From Candidatus Lutacidiplasma silvani (GTDB taxonomy: Archaea; Thermoplasmatota; Thermoplasmata; Lutacidiplasmatales; UBA184): a stretch of 64,000 nucleotides of DNA. Shown here piece after piece: positions 1-9,373 of this stretch (position 1 is the first letter of the stretch; the number at the start of each line of letters is the position of its first letter). The position numbers were made by a program, and so were the translations under genes. The notes below the pieces were generated by a model. That model searched no databases. It saw nothing but the letters and a program-made list of their open reading frames with translations, and was not told the origin of the DNA. The stretch is from positions 80,989 to 144,988 of the forward strand of contig JAKIVZ010000002.1 of NCBI GenBank assembly GCA_022750295.1. Direction: 5' to 3'.

Positions 1-309
1 TTCGCGTTCGCGGTCGGGCCGGGAACGTACAACGTCAGCGTCGCCGCGCCGGGGTACTCGGCCGCCAATGTCACGGTGGCGACCGGTCCTGCCGGGACCT
101 ACGCCACGGTCGCGCTCGAAGGGGTCCCCGCGATCGGCCCGGCGGGGGGGTCCTCCTTCCCAGTCCTCGAGGTCGGCCTTGTCGGCCTAGCCGTGGCGGC
201 GGTCGCGGTGGGAGCGCTCGCCTGGCGCCGGGGCCGGACCCCCAAACGGCCCGAGCCGGCGACTCCCGAATCCTCCGCGGCGCCGTTGGGCGAGGACGAA
301 CTTACGTGA
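1..309 (+). CDS. 3' fragment of a secreted/surface protein with a C-terminal transmembrane anchor; the gene starts upstream of the window
   Basis: Frame 1 is open from base 1. It encodes Gly/Thr/Ala/Val-rich repeats (GPGTYNVSVAAPGYSAANVTVATGPAGTYATV), then a hydrophobic helix (VGLVGLAVAAVAVGALAW) followed by RRGR. TGA at 307-309. Confidence 0.4.
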   Translation, partial: FAFAVGPGTYNVSVAAPGYSAANVTVATGPAGTYATVALEGVPAIGPAGGSSFPVLEVGLVGLAVAAVAVGALAWRRGRTPKRPEPATPESSAAPLGEDELT

Positions 310-769
310 CGACGACGAACGCGCGCATGATCCCGTGGTAGGTGCCACAGAACTCGGTGCACTGGATCAGGTAGGTCGTCCCGACGGGGACCATCGGAAC
401 CGCGAACGCGAGCGTGTTGATGCGGCCCGGGATCGCGTCGATCCGCACGCCGAGGTTCGGGATGTTGAACGAATGGATGACGTCGACGCTCGTGACGTTG
501 ATCTGCACTTCGGCCCCGGGTTGGACCCAGAACGCCCCGCCGGTCGCCGTGTTGTTCGCCGGGTTGTACGTCGCGTTCGCGCAGGTGCCGTTCTGCGGGT
601 AGCAGAACTCCCAGTACCACTGGTGGCCGACGACGTCGACGTATTCGGTGACGTCGTTCGGGATCGAATCGACCTGGAACAGCAGGATCGTCGAATAGGC
701 AAGGACCCCGGCGAGGAGGGCAACGACGGCGAGGGTCCAAGCGTACTCCATCTTGCGGGTCTTATCCAT
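302..769 (-). CDS. coxB: heme-copper oxidase subunit II (cupredoxin/CuA domain)
   Basis: HQWYWEF motif and the CuA ligand pattern H...C.EFCG..H..M (CTEFCGTYHGIM). One N-terminal TM helix precedes the cupredoxin domain. Confidence 0.85.
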   Translation of the reverse strand: MDKTRKMEYAWTLAVVALLAGVLAYSTILLFQVDSIPNDVTEYVDVVGHQWYWEFCYPQNGTCANATYNPANNTATGGAFWVQPGAEVQINVTSVDVIHSFNIPNLGVRIDAIPGRINTLAFAVPMVPVGTTYLIQCTEFCGTYHGIMRAFVVVT

Positions 770-1166
770 AACGTCGCCCCCGGGTGTGCGGGTCGCGGTA
801 CCGCCAGAGGGCGTAGGCGAGGAACGCGTAGGTGACGAGCGCCCCGGCGACCGAGATCGCGATGAGGACCCAGAGGAGCGGCTCCGTCGCCTGGAGGTTC
901 GTTTGCTGGGCGGAGGCCACCCCCGCCAGGGACGCGATCACCCCGCCGGCCCCCAGTCCGAGGAGCGCGCGGTCCACGGGCCTCGGACGCACAACGGGCA
1001 CGAGGTCCCGCGCTTGATATTCATCGCGTATGAACTGGAAACGCCGCCCGGCCGGCGGGTTCGGTGGCTCGACCTCCCCAGGTACGTACCAAACCCCTTT
1101 GAACCGCTCCCCCCGTCCGCCGCCCAAGCGCGAGCCCTCCGCGCCCCGGAAAACCAACGATGCCAC
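762..1166 (-). CDS. small ORF whose C-terminus carries a transmembrane helix, overlapping the coxB start by 8 nt in another frame; possibly the detached first TM helix of subunit II
   Basis: C-terminal LLWVLIAISVAGALVTYAFLAYALWRY is a TM helix followed by a TAA stop at 762-764. There is no internal ATG, so the true start is unclear (GTG/TTG). The N-terminal half is low-complexity and may not be coding. Confidence 0.3.
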   Translation of the reverse strand: MASLVFRGAEGSRLGGGRGERFKGVWYVPGEVEPPNPPAGRRFQFIRDEYQARDLVPVVRPRPVDRALLGLGAGGVIASLAGVASAQQTNLQATEPLLWVLIAISVAGALVTYAFLAYALWRYRDPHTRGRRYG

Positions 1167-1846
1167 CGTCGCAGAGGCGTGCCAGCGCCGCGTTGCTCGT
1201 CGTCGCGCTCGTCCTTTCGATTGCCCTCGTCCCGTCGATCTCCGGCCCGCGATCGTCCGCCCCGAGCTCCGGCGTCCGAACCTCGACCAACGGGGTCGAC
1301 TATCTCAACGTCAGCGTCACCGACTCCCTCACGTTCGAGACGAGCCTCAGCGAGGTCCAGCCGGGCGACACGGTCCACGTGACGGTGACCCAGCTCGGGA
1401 CCATTGACCACACGTTCACCCTCGCGCCGACCGCCGGCTTCACGTTCCCCACGACCGATTCGGCGGGGGACTTGGACAGCTACTTCTCGTCCCACGCTCC
1501 CCTCGTCGACGTTCAGGTCGGCACGACGACGGGCGGCCACTACTTCGGGAACTTCACCGCCCCCCCGGTCGGCGTCTACGAGTATGTCTGCGAGGAACCC
1601 GGGCACTTCCCGAGCATGTCGGGACTGCTAGGGTCGGGCGAGGCGCCCGGGAATCTCGCAACGAATACCGGACCGGGCGCCCCGGTGTACATTATCGCCG
1701 GCTCGATCGTCGGCCTCGTGATCGTCGCGCTCGTCCTCGGGTTCGTCGTCGGCAAGCGCCGCGGTTCCTCCGACGAGATGCCCCCGGAGCGGCTCGGGTA
1801 TCCCGAGCCGACGCCCACGACCCCCGAACCTCCGCACGCTCCGTAG
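1160..1846 (+). CDS. membrane-anchored type-1 (blue) copper protein, sulfocyanin/halocyanin-like
   Basis: N-terminal signal/TM segment, a cupredoxin domain with the T1 Cu ligand motif YEYVCEEPGHFPSM (C, H, M), a C-terminal TM helix and a Pro/Thr tail. Confidence 0.75.
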   Translation: MPPSQRRASAALLVVALVLSIALVPSISGPRSSAPSSGVRTSTNGVDYLNVSVTDSLTFETSLSEVQPGDTVHVTVTQLGTIDHTFTLAPTAGFTFPTTDSAGDLDSYFSSHAPLVDVQVGTTTGGHYFGNFTAPPVGVYEYVCEEPGHFPSMSGLLGSGEAPGNLATNTGPGAPVYIIAGSIVGLVIVALVLGFVVGKRRGSSDEMPPERLGYPEPTPTTPEPPHAP

Positions 1847-1897
1847 GTACGGCGTTTCCGTCGGCCGGAAGCCGGAAAGCCTAAGAAGGGTGAGCCG

Positions 1898-2980
1898 TTG
1901 CCAACCTACGGACCTCGTAAGAGGTTCGAGGGTTTTCCAATGGCGTGGGGCGTTCCGAGCCGTGAGCGACGTGTGCTGAAGGCCGGACACTCGTCGATCG
2001 CGGTCACGCTCCCGAAACCGTGGGCGGAAGCGATGAATCTCCACCCCGGGGACCTTATCGTTTTCGACCAAAACGACGACGGAACCCTCTACCTCCGGCC
2101 GGCCCCGGTCGCCGGCGCGGTCCTCGTCACGTCCCCGTACCTCGTCCAGGCCGCCGCGTTCGACACCCCGGGGGTCCTGGAGCGGCTGATCGTCGGTGCC
2201 TACCGAGTGGGCCACGACGCGATCGAGATTCGGAGCGACGCCCCATTCTCCCCCGAGCGGATTGACGAGCTCCTCTCGACGGCCCGACGGCTGATCGGCG
2301 TCTCGGTCGTCGCCCAGGAGCCGAACCGGATCGTGCTCCAGAACTTCATCGACCCGTCGAAGTACGGACTGCCCCAGCTGGTCCAGCGGATGAAGATGAT
2401 CCTCATCGCGTTCCTCGAGGAGTCGGAAGCGCTCCTCGAGCGGAAGGGGCACGCGAAGAGGCTCCCTTCCCTCGACGAGGAGACCCAGCGGGTCCTCGCC
2501 CTCCTCGTCCGGCAGCTGTTCCTCGCGAGCCGCGACTGGTCGCTCGCGCGCCGGATCGGGAGCCCGGACCCCCGGCAGCTCCTGGAGTGGCGAGTCGTCG
2601 TGCACGCGCTCAACCAGCTCGGGGGACTTCTCTCCGAGATCGCCGACCTCCTCGAGGCCAGCCGGGAGCGACCGACCGGCGACACCGCCGCGCTCCGGAT
2701 CCACCTCGCCGAAGTCAAGCTTGGGTTGAAGTCGGTCGTCGACGCGCTGATTCGCCCGTCGCTCACCGACGCTTGCGAGGCGTACGCCCAGGTCCAGGCG
2801 CTCGGGGTCTCGGCTCGCGAGAGTGCCGACCAGATGGGCGTCACCGCCCGGCGCGCCGGACTCCACGCCGCGACCGTCGCCGCCCAGCGGAGCGCCGGAT
2901 GCCTCTCGACCCTCGCCGAGATCGCGGTCGACCGCGCGGTCGCGCTCGGGAATGAGAGCGTCGTTCTCGCGTCGGCGTGA
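1898..2980 (+). CDS. AbrB/SpoVT-domain plus PhoU-like domain regulator (phosphate-uptake-regulator-like)
   Basis: N-terminal swapped-hairpin motif (HSSIAVTLPKPWAEAMNLHPGDLIVF) followed by a long helical PhoU-like region. The real start may be the internal ATG (MAWGVP) about 40 nt downstream. Confidence 0.6.
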   Translation: MPTYGPRKRFEGFPMAWGVPSRERRVLKAGHSSIAVTLPKPWAEAMNLHPGDLIVFDQNDDGTLYLRPAPVAGAVLVTSPYLVQAAAFDTPGVLERLIVGAYRVGHDAIEIRSDAPFSPERIDELLSTARRLIGVSVVAQEPNRIVLQNFIDPSKYGLPQLVQRMKMILIAFLEESEALLERKGHAKRLPSLDEETQRVLALLVRQLFLASRDWSLARRIGSPDPRQLLEWRVVVHALNQLGGLLSEIADLLEASRERPTGDTAALRIHLAEVKLGLKSVVDALIRPSLTDACEAYAQVQALGVSARESADQMGVTARRAGLHAATVAAQRSAGCLSTLAEIAVDRAVALGNESVVLASA

Positions 2981-3076
2981 GCCGCCTTAAGTAGCGACCG
3001 TACGGACAGTTCGTACGGGTCGCACTACCCGGTACGAACGCCACATACCCCCCGCCCCGGTGGTCGCCGGGAACCC

Positions 3077-3289
3077 ATGTTCGATTCGATAGACGACTGG
3101 CTGATCATCGGCATCGTGGTCGCGATCTTGTTCTACGGCTCGAGCAAGATCCCGCAACTGGCCCACAGCCTCGGTCGGTCGATCGGCGAGTTCAAGCGCG
3201 GCCGCCTCGAGGTCGAGCGCGAGCTCAAGGCCGAACAGACTCGCGACGCGGCGACCGCCACCGCCACCGCCGCCGCCGACCCCCGGTAG
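3077..3289 (+). CDS. tatA: twin-arginine translocase subunit TatA/E
   Basis: MFDSIDDWLIIGIVVAILFYGSSKIPQLAHSLGRSIGEFKRG is the canonical TatA TM helix plus amphipathic helix. Confidence 0.8.
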   Translation: MFDSIDDWLIIGIVVAILFYGSSKIPQLAHSLGRSIGEFKRGRLEVERELKAEQTRDAATATATAAADPR

Positions 3290-3395
3290 ACAGAGATCCC
3301 GAGGCGAGATGGGCAACGTCGGACCGGTTCGGGCCCCCGTCGGAGCCCTCCCCGGTGTCGGCCCGGTCCCCGCACGGAGCAGGTGGGTGTGACGC

Positions 3396-4226
3396 ATGGG
3401 GGAGCTCGACAAGATCCTCGCCATCCTTGGCGAGGTCCGGCGGCGCCTCGTCCGGGTGGTCCTCGTCCTGGCCCCCATCTTCGGGTTCCTCGTCACGTTC
3501 GAGCTGAAGCCGTATCCGGTCCACGCCCTCGGTCGGACGATCCCGCTCGCGTACCCGTGGCCGAACCTGTTCTACAACGTGACGGCCCAGGTGTTCATCG
3601 CGCTCGAGCGATGGATGCTCCCGCCGAAGGTCGAGCTCCTGAACGTCGGGGTCGGCGACTCGATCGTCGTCCAGATGGAGATCGGCGCGCTCCTCACGCT
3701 GATCCTCGGGATGCCGTGGATCGTCCACGAGGTCGGCGCGTTCCTGCTGCCGGCGCTCCGGCAGAACGAGCGAGAGATGATCCGGCAGGTCGGGATCCCG
3801 GCGACCGCGCTGTTCGCGCTCGGCACGGGGGTCGGCGTGTTCTTCCTCACACCGCTCACGTTCCGGCTGCTCTTCCTCTACGTGGCCGCGATGGGGCTCG
3901 CGCCGGTCCTCGGGGTCCAGCAGTTCGTCCAGTTTGCGCTCCTCTACCCGATGGCGTTCGGCCTCGTCTTCGAGATGCCGGTGTTCCTCTACGCCCTCAC
4001 CCGGCTCGGGGTCGTCAAGGCCGCCACGTGGCGCCAACACTGGCGCGCGGCGGTGATCGGCTCGCTCGTCTTCGGGATGATCGTCACCCCCGACAACTCG
4101 GGGATCACGATGCTCCTGATCGCGGTCCCGATGATGGGGCTCTACCTCGCGGGGGTCGTGTTCGCGACCCGGTGGGAGTCGCGGTCGACGGGCCGGCGCG
4201 GAGCCGCGGCGGTCGCGGCGGGGTGA
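3396..4226 (+). CDS. tatC: twin-arginine translocase subunit TatC
   Basis: About 276 aa with six predicted TM helices and a TatC-like N-terminus (LGEVRRRLVRVVLVLAPIFGF). Confidence 0.8.
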   Translation: MGELDKILAILGEVRRRLVRVVLVLAPIFGFLVTFELKPYPVHALGRTIPLAYPWPNLFYNVTAQVFIALERWMLPPKVELLNVGVGDSIVVQMEIGALLTLILGMPWIVHEVGAFLLPALRQNEREMIRQVGIPATALFALGTGVGVFFLTPLTFRLLFLYVAAMGLAPVLGVQQFVQFALLYPMAFGLVFEMPVFLYALTRLGVVKAATWRQHWRAAVIGSLVFGMIVTPDNSGITMLLIAVPMMGLYLAGVVFATRWESRSTGRRGAAAVAAG

Positions 4227-4232
4227 ACTAAG

Positions 4233-4628
4233 ATGGCTCTGTTCTCCGACATCGACTGGGGGATCCTCCTCGCCGTCGCCGGGTTCCTCTTTCTCGGCAA
4301 AGAGAGCGGGGCCGCGCTCCGGCAATTCGGCCGGTACTACGGCCGGTTCGTCCGACTGAAGCAGGAGCTCCTCGGCGAGCTCACGCGCGCGGCCGAGCTC
4401 CCCGCGCCCCCGACCGGCGGCGCCCTCTCGTTCCGCGGCGCACTCCTCGGCTACCCCGAGGGGTCTGCCACTCCGGGGATTCCGATCGCGGTGACGTCCG
4501 CTCCGTTGGCCGTGGCGGCGCTGGCCGCCGTGGCGAGCCCCGCCCCTGCGATCCCGAGTGGGATCGGTCCGGACCGCTGGTCCGTGGCGCTCCCCTCCGC
4601 CGCGCTGGAGGCGCCGTTCGTCCGATGA
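4233..4628 (+). CDS. second TatA/TatB-like protein with an Ala/Pro-rich C-terminal tail
   Basis: MALFSDIDWGILLAVAGFLFLGKESGAALRQFGRYYGRF has TatA/B architecture. Its stop overlaps the next start (ATGA). Confidence 0.55.
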   Translation: MALFSDIDWGILLAVAGFLFLGKESGAALRQFGRYYGRFVRLKQELLGELTRAAELPAPPTGGALSFRGALLGYPEGSATPGIPIAVTSAPLAVAALAAVASPAPAIPSGIGPDRWSVALPSAALEAPFVR

Positions 4629-4810
4629 CCGCCCTCTCCCTCGACGACCAGGTGACGATGGTCGAGATGTTCCTGATTCTCGTCGGGATCGGGATCACCT
4701 GGGCCGTCTACTACGGCAGCGACCGGGCGGAACTGCCGGGCGACGCGACGACCCCCGCGCCGGGCCACGCGGATGACATGGAGATCGATGCCCGCGGGAG
4801 GACCCTCTGA
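4625..4810 (+). CDS. small single-TM membrane protein (61 aa), translationally coupled between tatA2 and the Rieske gene
   Basis: ATGA overlap with the upstream gene and TGATG overlap with the Rieske start. Hydrophobic helix MVEMFLILVGIGITWAVYY. Confidence 0.4.
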   Translation: MTALSLDDQVTMVEMFLILVGIGITWAVYYGSDRAELPGDATTPAPGHADDMEIDARGRTL

Positions 4811-5616
4811 TGTCGTACCCGTGCCCCACGAGCTGTCCGTTCTCGGTCGGGCCCGCCTCGGCCCTCGAGTTTCCCGTCGGGCAACTCCACCGGTTCCGCG
4901 GCTCGAACGCCGTCCCGGGGGAGGTCGACGAAACGAAGCGGAACGTCCTCAAGCTCCTCGTCGCCGCCGGGGTCGTAGGAGCCGCGGGGGGCGGCCTCGT
5001 GGCCGGTTCGCTCCAGTTCGCCCAGCCGCCGACCGTCGGACTGACGTCGTTCCCGCGCGTTCAGCTCCTCGACCTCGACGGGAGTCCGCTGACGGTCACG
5101 AACGTCGAGAAGGAGTACAACGCCGGCACGACCGATGTGTTGACGTTCAACTATCCGCTGCGGAACGAGCCGAACTTCCTGATCAACGTCGCCCCCGCCC
5201 CCGGCACCTCGGCCGGAGCCTCGAACGTCGTCCACGGGGTCGGAACGCAGAACTCGATCGTCGCGTTCAGCGCGATCTGCCAACACCTCGGCTGCCCCGC
5301 GCCGGCGATCCATTACTATCCACCGGGAATGTGCCCGCAGAGCCCGGGCGGCCGCCCGTTCTACATCCACTGCACGTGCCACGGCTCGACGTACGACGTC
5401 ACCAACGGAGCGGCGAACCTCACGGGGCCCGCGGTGCTTCCCCTCCCCCAGGTCCTCCTGGAGTGGGACCAGACCGACGACACCCTGTACGCGGTGAACG
5501 AGGTCGGACCGCCGGTCAACGGCCACCTCGATACGTTGTCGGGCGACTACGGCGTCGGCACTTCGAGCCAGCTCTCCAAGCAGTCGCCGGTCGTCGCCTG
5601 CAACTTCCCATCCTAG
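4810..5616 (+). CDS. Rieske [2Fe-2S] iron-sulfur protein of a bc-type complex (SoxF/SoxL-like)
   Basis: Both Rieske boxes are present: CQHLGC and CTCHGS. A TM/signal region follows a KRN(VLK) Tat-like motif. Confidence 0.85.
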   Translation: MSYPCPTSCPFSVGPASALEFPVGQLHRFRGSNAVPGEVDETKRNVLKLLVAAGVVGAAGGGLVAGSLQFAQPPTVGLTSFPRVQLLDLDGSPLTVTNVEKEYNAGTTDVLTFNYPLRNEPNFLINVAPAPGTSAGASNVVHGVGTQNSIVAFSAICQHLGCPAPAIHYYPPGMCPQSPGGRPFYIHCTCHGSTYDVTNGAANLTGPAVLPLPQVLLEWDQTDDTLYAVNEVGPPVNGHLDTLSGDYGVGTSSQLSKQSPVVACNFPS

Positions 5617-5626
5617 GAGGACGTCG

Positions 5627-6982
5627 GTGGGATTCGAGCGTTGGTTCAACCGGACCCTCAACCAGGTCTGGGGATTCATTGAGGACCGGACGGGGATGCC
5701 CAAGTGGGCGCTCCGCCCCCAGCCCGAGTTCACCTTCAAGCCGTCGTACTGGACCGGGGCGTTCGTCGTCAATGCATTCCTGTACCAGGTGATCTCGGGG
5801 CTCCTGCTCCTGCTGTATTACCAGCCGAGCGTCAATCCGACGTACACCGCGTGCGGCCAGCCCGTGGGGACCCTCTCGACGTCCCCGGCGGCATGGTGCA
5901 GTACGTACTACATCGTCCATTCGGTTCCGATGGGGTCGCTCCTCCTCTCCACCCACCTCTACGGCTCCTATGCGATGATCTTCCTTGCGATCGTCCATTT
6001 CTTCCGCGGCTACTACCTCGGCGTCTACAAGGCGCCCCGCGAGTTCTCCTGGATGGTCGGCACGCTGCTGATGCTGACGACCCTCGGGATGGGGTTCACC
6101 GGGTACCTCCTCCCGTACACCCAGATCTCGCTCAACGCGACCAACGTCGGCCTCGTCCTGGCCCTCCGGCTGCCGTACGCGGGCCCGTTGATCGGCCCCC
6201 TCCTCCTCTCCGACGGGACCGGCCAAGGATTGCTCTCACGGATGTTCGCCGCCCACGTCGTCCTTTTGCCGCTCGCCTTGGGCGCGCTCCTCTACGCCCA
6301 CATCGCTTTGTTCGAGTCGCACGGGATCGCCCCTCCGGCGACGTCCGACCCGTTGCAGCGGCGGCGGTTCACCGAGGAGGAGGACAAGAAAAACGTCCCG
6401 TTCATGCCCCACATTTTCTTCTACATCACCAAGTGGGCGTTGCTCTACATCGGGCTCCTGATCGGCATCGCGGCCCTCTGGCCGTGGAACCTTCCGACGT
6501 ACGCGGGCGACCTCACGGCGACGGGGATCGTAACCGAGCCCGATTGGTACTTCCTCTGGTTGTTCAAGTTCCTCGACTTCCAGGGGGTCACACCGGTGAT
6601 CGCCATCGGCGTCACGACGGTGATCATCCTGTACGTGTTGTTCCTGCCGTTCCTCGACCGGTCGAAGGCGACGCACCCACGGGACCGCCCGGTGTTCATC
6701 ATCATCGGCACCTCGATGCTCGAGTTCTGGTTCCTGATGACCGTCTGGGGCGGTCTCACACCGGGGGTCGCCATCACTCCCATGGAGGTCGCGCTCCGGA
6801 TCGGCCCGCTCTTCGCGGCGAACGCCGTGGTCGTCGCCCTGTTCCACTGGCGGTACCGCAAGAGCTACCGGGCCCGGATGGCGGCCCGGACCGGCGCGGC
6901 GAGCACCTGCCCCGGCGCCTACCCCAGCTCGTTGGTGGGTGGATCGCGCCCGTCCGTCGCGGAGGCGAGTGCCCGTGACTGA
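5627..6982 (+). CDS. cytochrome b (bc complex, SoxG/SoxC-like; cytochrome b plus subunit-IV-like C-terminal region)
   Basis: Multi-TM protein with conserved cytochrome b His-containing helices (HLYGSYAMIFLAIVHFFRGYY; HVVLLPLALGALLYAHIALF). Confidence 0.85.
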   Translation: MGFERWFNRTLNQVWGFIEDRTGMPKWALRPQPEFTFKPSYWTGAFVVNAFLYQVISGLLLLLYYQPSVNPTYTACGQPVGTLSTSPAAWCSTYYIVHSVPMGSLLLSTHLYGSYAMIFLAIVHFFRGYYLGVYKAPREFSWMVGTLLMLTTLGMGFTGYLLPYTQISLNATNVGLVLALRLPYAGPLIGPLLLSDGTGQGLLSRMFAAHVVLLPLALGALLYAHIALFESHGIAPPATSDPLQRRRFTEEEDKKNVPFMPHIFFYITKWALLYIGLLIGIAALWPWNLPTYAGDLTATGIVTEPDWYFLWLFKFLDFQGVTPVIAIGVTTVIILYVLFLPFLDRSKATHPRDRPVFIIIGTSMLEFWFLMTVWGGLTPGVAITPMEVALRIGPLFAANAVVVALFHWRYRKSYRARMAARTGAASTCPGAYPSSLVGGSRPSVAEASARD

Positions 6983-7241
6983 GACGGAATCCCCGAAGTT
7001 CCGGACCGGGTGGCTCTGGGGAATCCTCGGGATTCTTCTGGCGATCGGCACGGTCGCCGCCGGGTTTGTCGTCTACGGATTGACCCAGCTGCTCGCGACC
7101 GGGAACTGGTGGCTCGACGTCCCCGCGTTCGTCGGCGGGGCGGTCGTCGCCACGTTCGCCATGCTCCTCATCACCGGGATCCTCTACCGCGTCGACCGGC
7201 TGCGCGGGACCCCCCACCGGGAGGTGCGGCTCTTTGAGTGA
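6939..7241 (+). CDS. small two-TM membrane protein (possible supernumerary oxidase subunit)
   Basis: Hydrophobic helices (WLWGILGILLAIGTVAAGFVVYGL; FVGGAVVATFAMLLITGILY). The start is uncertain because it overlaps the cytochrome b 3' end. Confidence 0.35.
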   Translation: MDRARPSRRRVPVTETESPKFRTGWLWGILGILLAIGTVAAGFVVYGLTQLLATGNWWLDVPAFVGGAVVATFAMLLITGILYRVDRLRGTPHREVRLFE

Positions 7242-7632
7242 AGCATCCCCGAGCCCGGATGCGATGGTCGACTACCTTGAAGCCCACCGCTCCCAGGCCG
7301 TCGCCAAGGTCCTCGAGCTCTACAACGCGACGACGGTCCTCCTCCTGCTCGGGATCGCTGGACTGGCCATCTACGCGTTCCGGCTCGGTCCGCTCGTCGG
7401 GCCGGGGGTCGAGGAGTCGTTCGGACTGGCGGCTGGCGCGATGTTCGTCATGGGCGCGCTTCTCGTCCACCTTGTCGACCGGACCTACCGGAGCTGGCCC
7501 CTCGGCCGCAAGTTCCGGCCGGAGGTGCCGCCCGCCGTTTCACCGGCCGGGACGGCGCGGTTGGTCACCTGGCTGATCGTCCTCGCGGCGGCCGCCGGGA
7601 TTGTCTACGTCGTCGCCCAGCTGATCATGTGA
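7234..7632 (+). CDS. small multi-TM membrane protein (possible SoxI-like accessory subunit)
   Basis: Three hydrophobic helices, no recognisable domain, located between the cytochrome b and coxA genes. Confidence 0.4.
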   Translation: MSEASPSPDAMVDYLEAHRSQAVAKVLELYNATTVLLLLGIAGLAIYAFRLGPLVGPGVEESFGLAAGAMFVMGALLVHLVDRTYRSWPLGRKFRPEVPPAVSPAGTARLVTWLIVLAAAAGIVYVVAQLIM

Positions 7633-7648
7633 AGGGGGAACCGAACCG

Positions 7649-9352
7649 ATGACTGATCTGGTAACGCCCGGCATCGAAATCGCCATGATCGTGGCGCTCG
7701 CAGCGTTCGGGCTCTACCTCACGCGCTACCACGGCGAGTGGTTCGTCAAGAAGGCGTCGCTGTACCTCTTCACCACCGATCACAAGCGCATCGGATTGAT
7801 GTACATCACCACGGGTATGGTGTTCTTCTTCATCGGCGGGATCTACGCGATCCTGATCCGGACCGACCTCGGCTTCGTGCAGGGACTCGGTCTCGACCCG
7901 CAGACGACCCTCGGAATCACCCCGGACGTCTACTCGACCCTGTTCACGATGCACGGGGTTCTGATGATCTTCATGTTCATCATGCCCGTCCTGGCCGGGT
8001 TCGGCAACTACCTCGTCCCGTCGATGATCGGGGCGAAGGAGATGGCGCTCCCCCGGATCAACGCGATCGCGTTCTGGATGCTCCCGCCCGCGGGCGTGAT
8101 CCTGATCCTGTCGAACGCGTACGCGGGTTGGACCGGCTACGTCCCCCTCTCCATCGAGGCGTACGGGCCGAACCCCCACGGGGTCGACCTCTGGATCCTC
8201 GGACTCCACATCCTCTCGGCTTCGTCGATGCTGGGCGCGATCAACTTCCTCGTCACCATCGTCAAGCACCGGGCCCCCGGCGTCCACTACTGGAACATGC
8301 CCCTCTTCGTCTGGGCGACGCTGATCAACTCGGTCCTCCTGATCTTCGCCCTCCCGTCGCTGTCGATCGCGCTCACGATGGTCCTTTCCGACCGGAACTT
8401 CGGGACGCACATCCTCGCGGCCGCGAACGGCACGCCGCTCGGCGGCGCGCTCCTCTATCAGAATATGTTCTGGTTCTTCGCCCATCCCGAAGTCTACGTG
8501 ATGGTGTTACCGGCCTTTGGTATCATCTCCACGGTCATTCCCAAACTCGCGCGGAAGGACATCTTCGGGTACGGCGCCATGGCGATCTCGCTCGGCGTGT
8601 TCGCCGTCCTTTCGTTCGCCGTCTGGGAGCACCACATGTTCGTCACGGGGCTCCCCCCGGACGTCCAGTTCGTCTTCATGCTCTCGACGATGGCGATCGC
8701 GGTCCCCTCCGCCGTCAAGACGTTCAACTGGGTCGCGACCCTCTGGGGCGGCAAAATCTGGATGGCGGTCCCGATGTGGTTCTCGGTGGCGTTCATCACC
8801 GGGTTCGTGATCGGCGGCCTCTCGGGCCTCATGTTGGCCGCGATCCCGGTCGATTACCTCTATCACGCGACGTACTTCGTCGTCGCGCACTTCCACTACA
8901 TCCTGCTCGGCGGGACGCTGATGGGGATCTTCGCGGGGATCTACTTCTACTACCCGATCTGGACCAAGCGCTGGTATTCCCAGCGGCTCGGCCACGTCCA
9001 CTTCCTCCTCACGTACATCGGCGTGAACCTCCTGCTGTTCCCGATGTTCCTCCTCGGCGCCGAGGGGATGCCCCGGCGGGTCTACACCTACCTTCCGACG
9101 CTGAACTTCCAGGAGCTGAACTTCCTCGCGAGCGTCGGCGCGATGATCCTCGGGGTCGGCCAGTTGGTCTTCGCGTTCAACATGGTCTACAGCTACTTCG
9201 CCGGCCAGAAGGTCACGACCGACGACCCGTGGGACGAGCCGGCCCCCACGCGGATGATCGGCGGGACCCCCGCGCCCGCGCCGGCCCCGCTCCCCTCGTC
9301 CCACCGGACGCCGCTCCCGACGACGGCGCCGTCGATCGAGCCGACCCCGTAG
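7649..9352 (+). CDS. coxA: heme-copper oxidase subunit I
   Basis: 567 aa, 12+ TM. Conserved CoxI regions include WFFGHPEVY (here [17 protein letters not shown]) and the HH metal ligands (HFHYILLGG). Confidence 0.9.
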   Translation: MTDLVTPGIEIAMIVALAAFGLYLTRYHGEWFVKKASLYLFTTDHKRIGLMYITTGMVFFFIGGIYAILIRTDLGFVQGLGLDPQTTLGITPDVYSTLFTMHGVLMIFMFIMPVLAGFGNYLVPSMIGAKEMALPRINAIAFWMLPPAGVILILSNAYAGWTGYVPLSIEAYGPNPHGVDLWILGLHILSASSMLGAINFLVTIVKHRAPGVHYWNMPLFVWATLINSVLLIFALPSLSIALTMVLSDRNFGTHILAAANGTPLGGALLYQNMFWFFAHPEVYVMVLPAFGIISTVIPKLARKDIFGYGAMAISLGVFAVLSFAVWEHHMFVTGLPPDVQFVFMLSTMAIAVPSAVKTFNWVATLWGGKIWMAVPMWFSVAFITGFVIGGLSGLMLAAIPVDYLYHATYFVVAHFHYILLGGTLMGIFAGIYFYYPIWTKRWYSQRLGHVHFLLTYIGVNLLLFPMFLLGAEGMPRRVYTYLPTLNFQELNFLASVGAMILGVGQLVFAFNMVYSYFAGQKVTTDDPWDEPAPTRMIGGTPAPAPAPLPSSHRTPLPTTAPSIEPTP

Positions 9353-9373
9353 CGCCGACTAGGAACGCAACCA

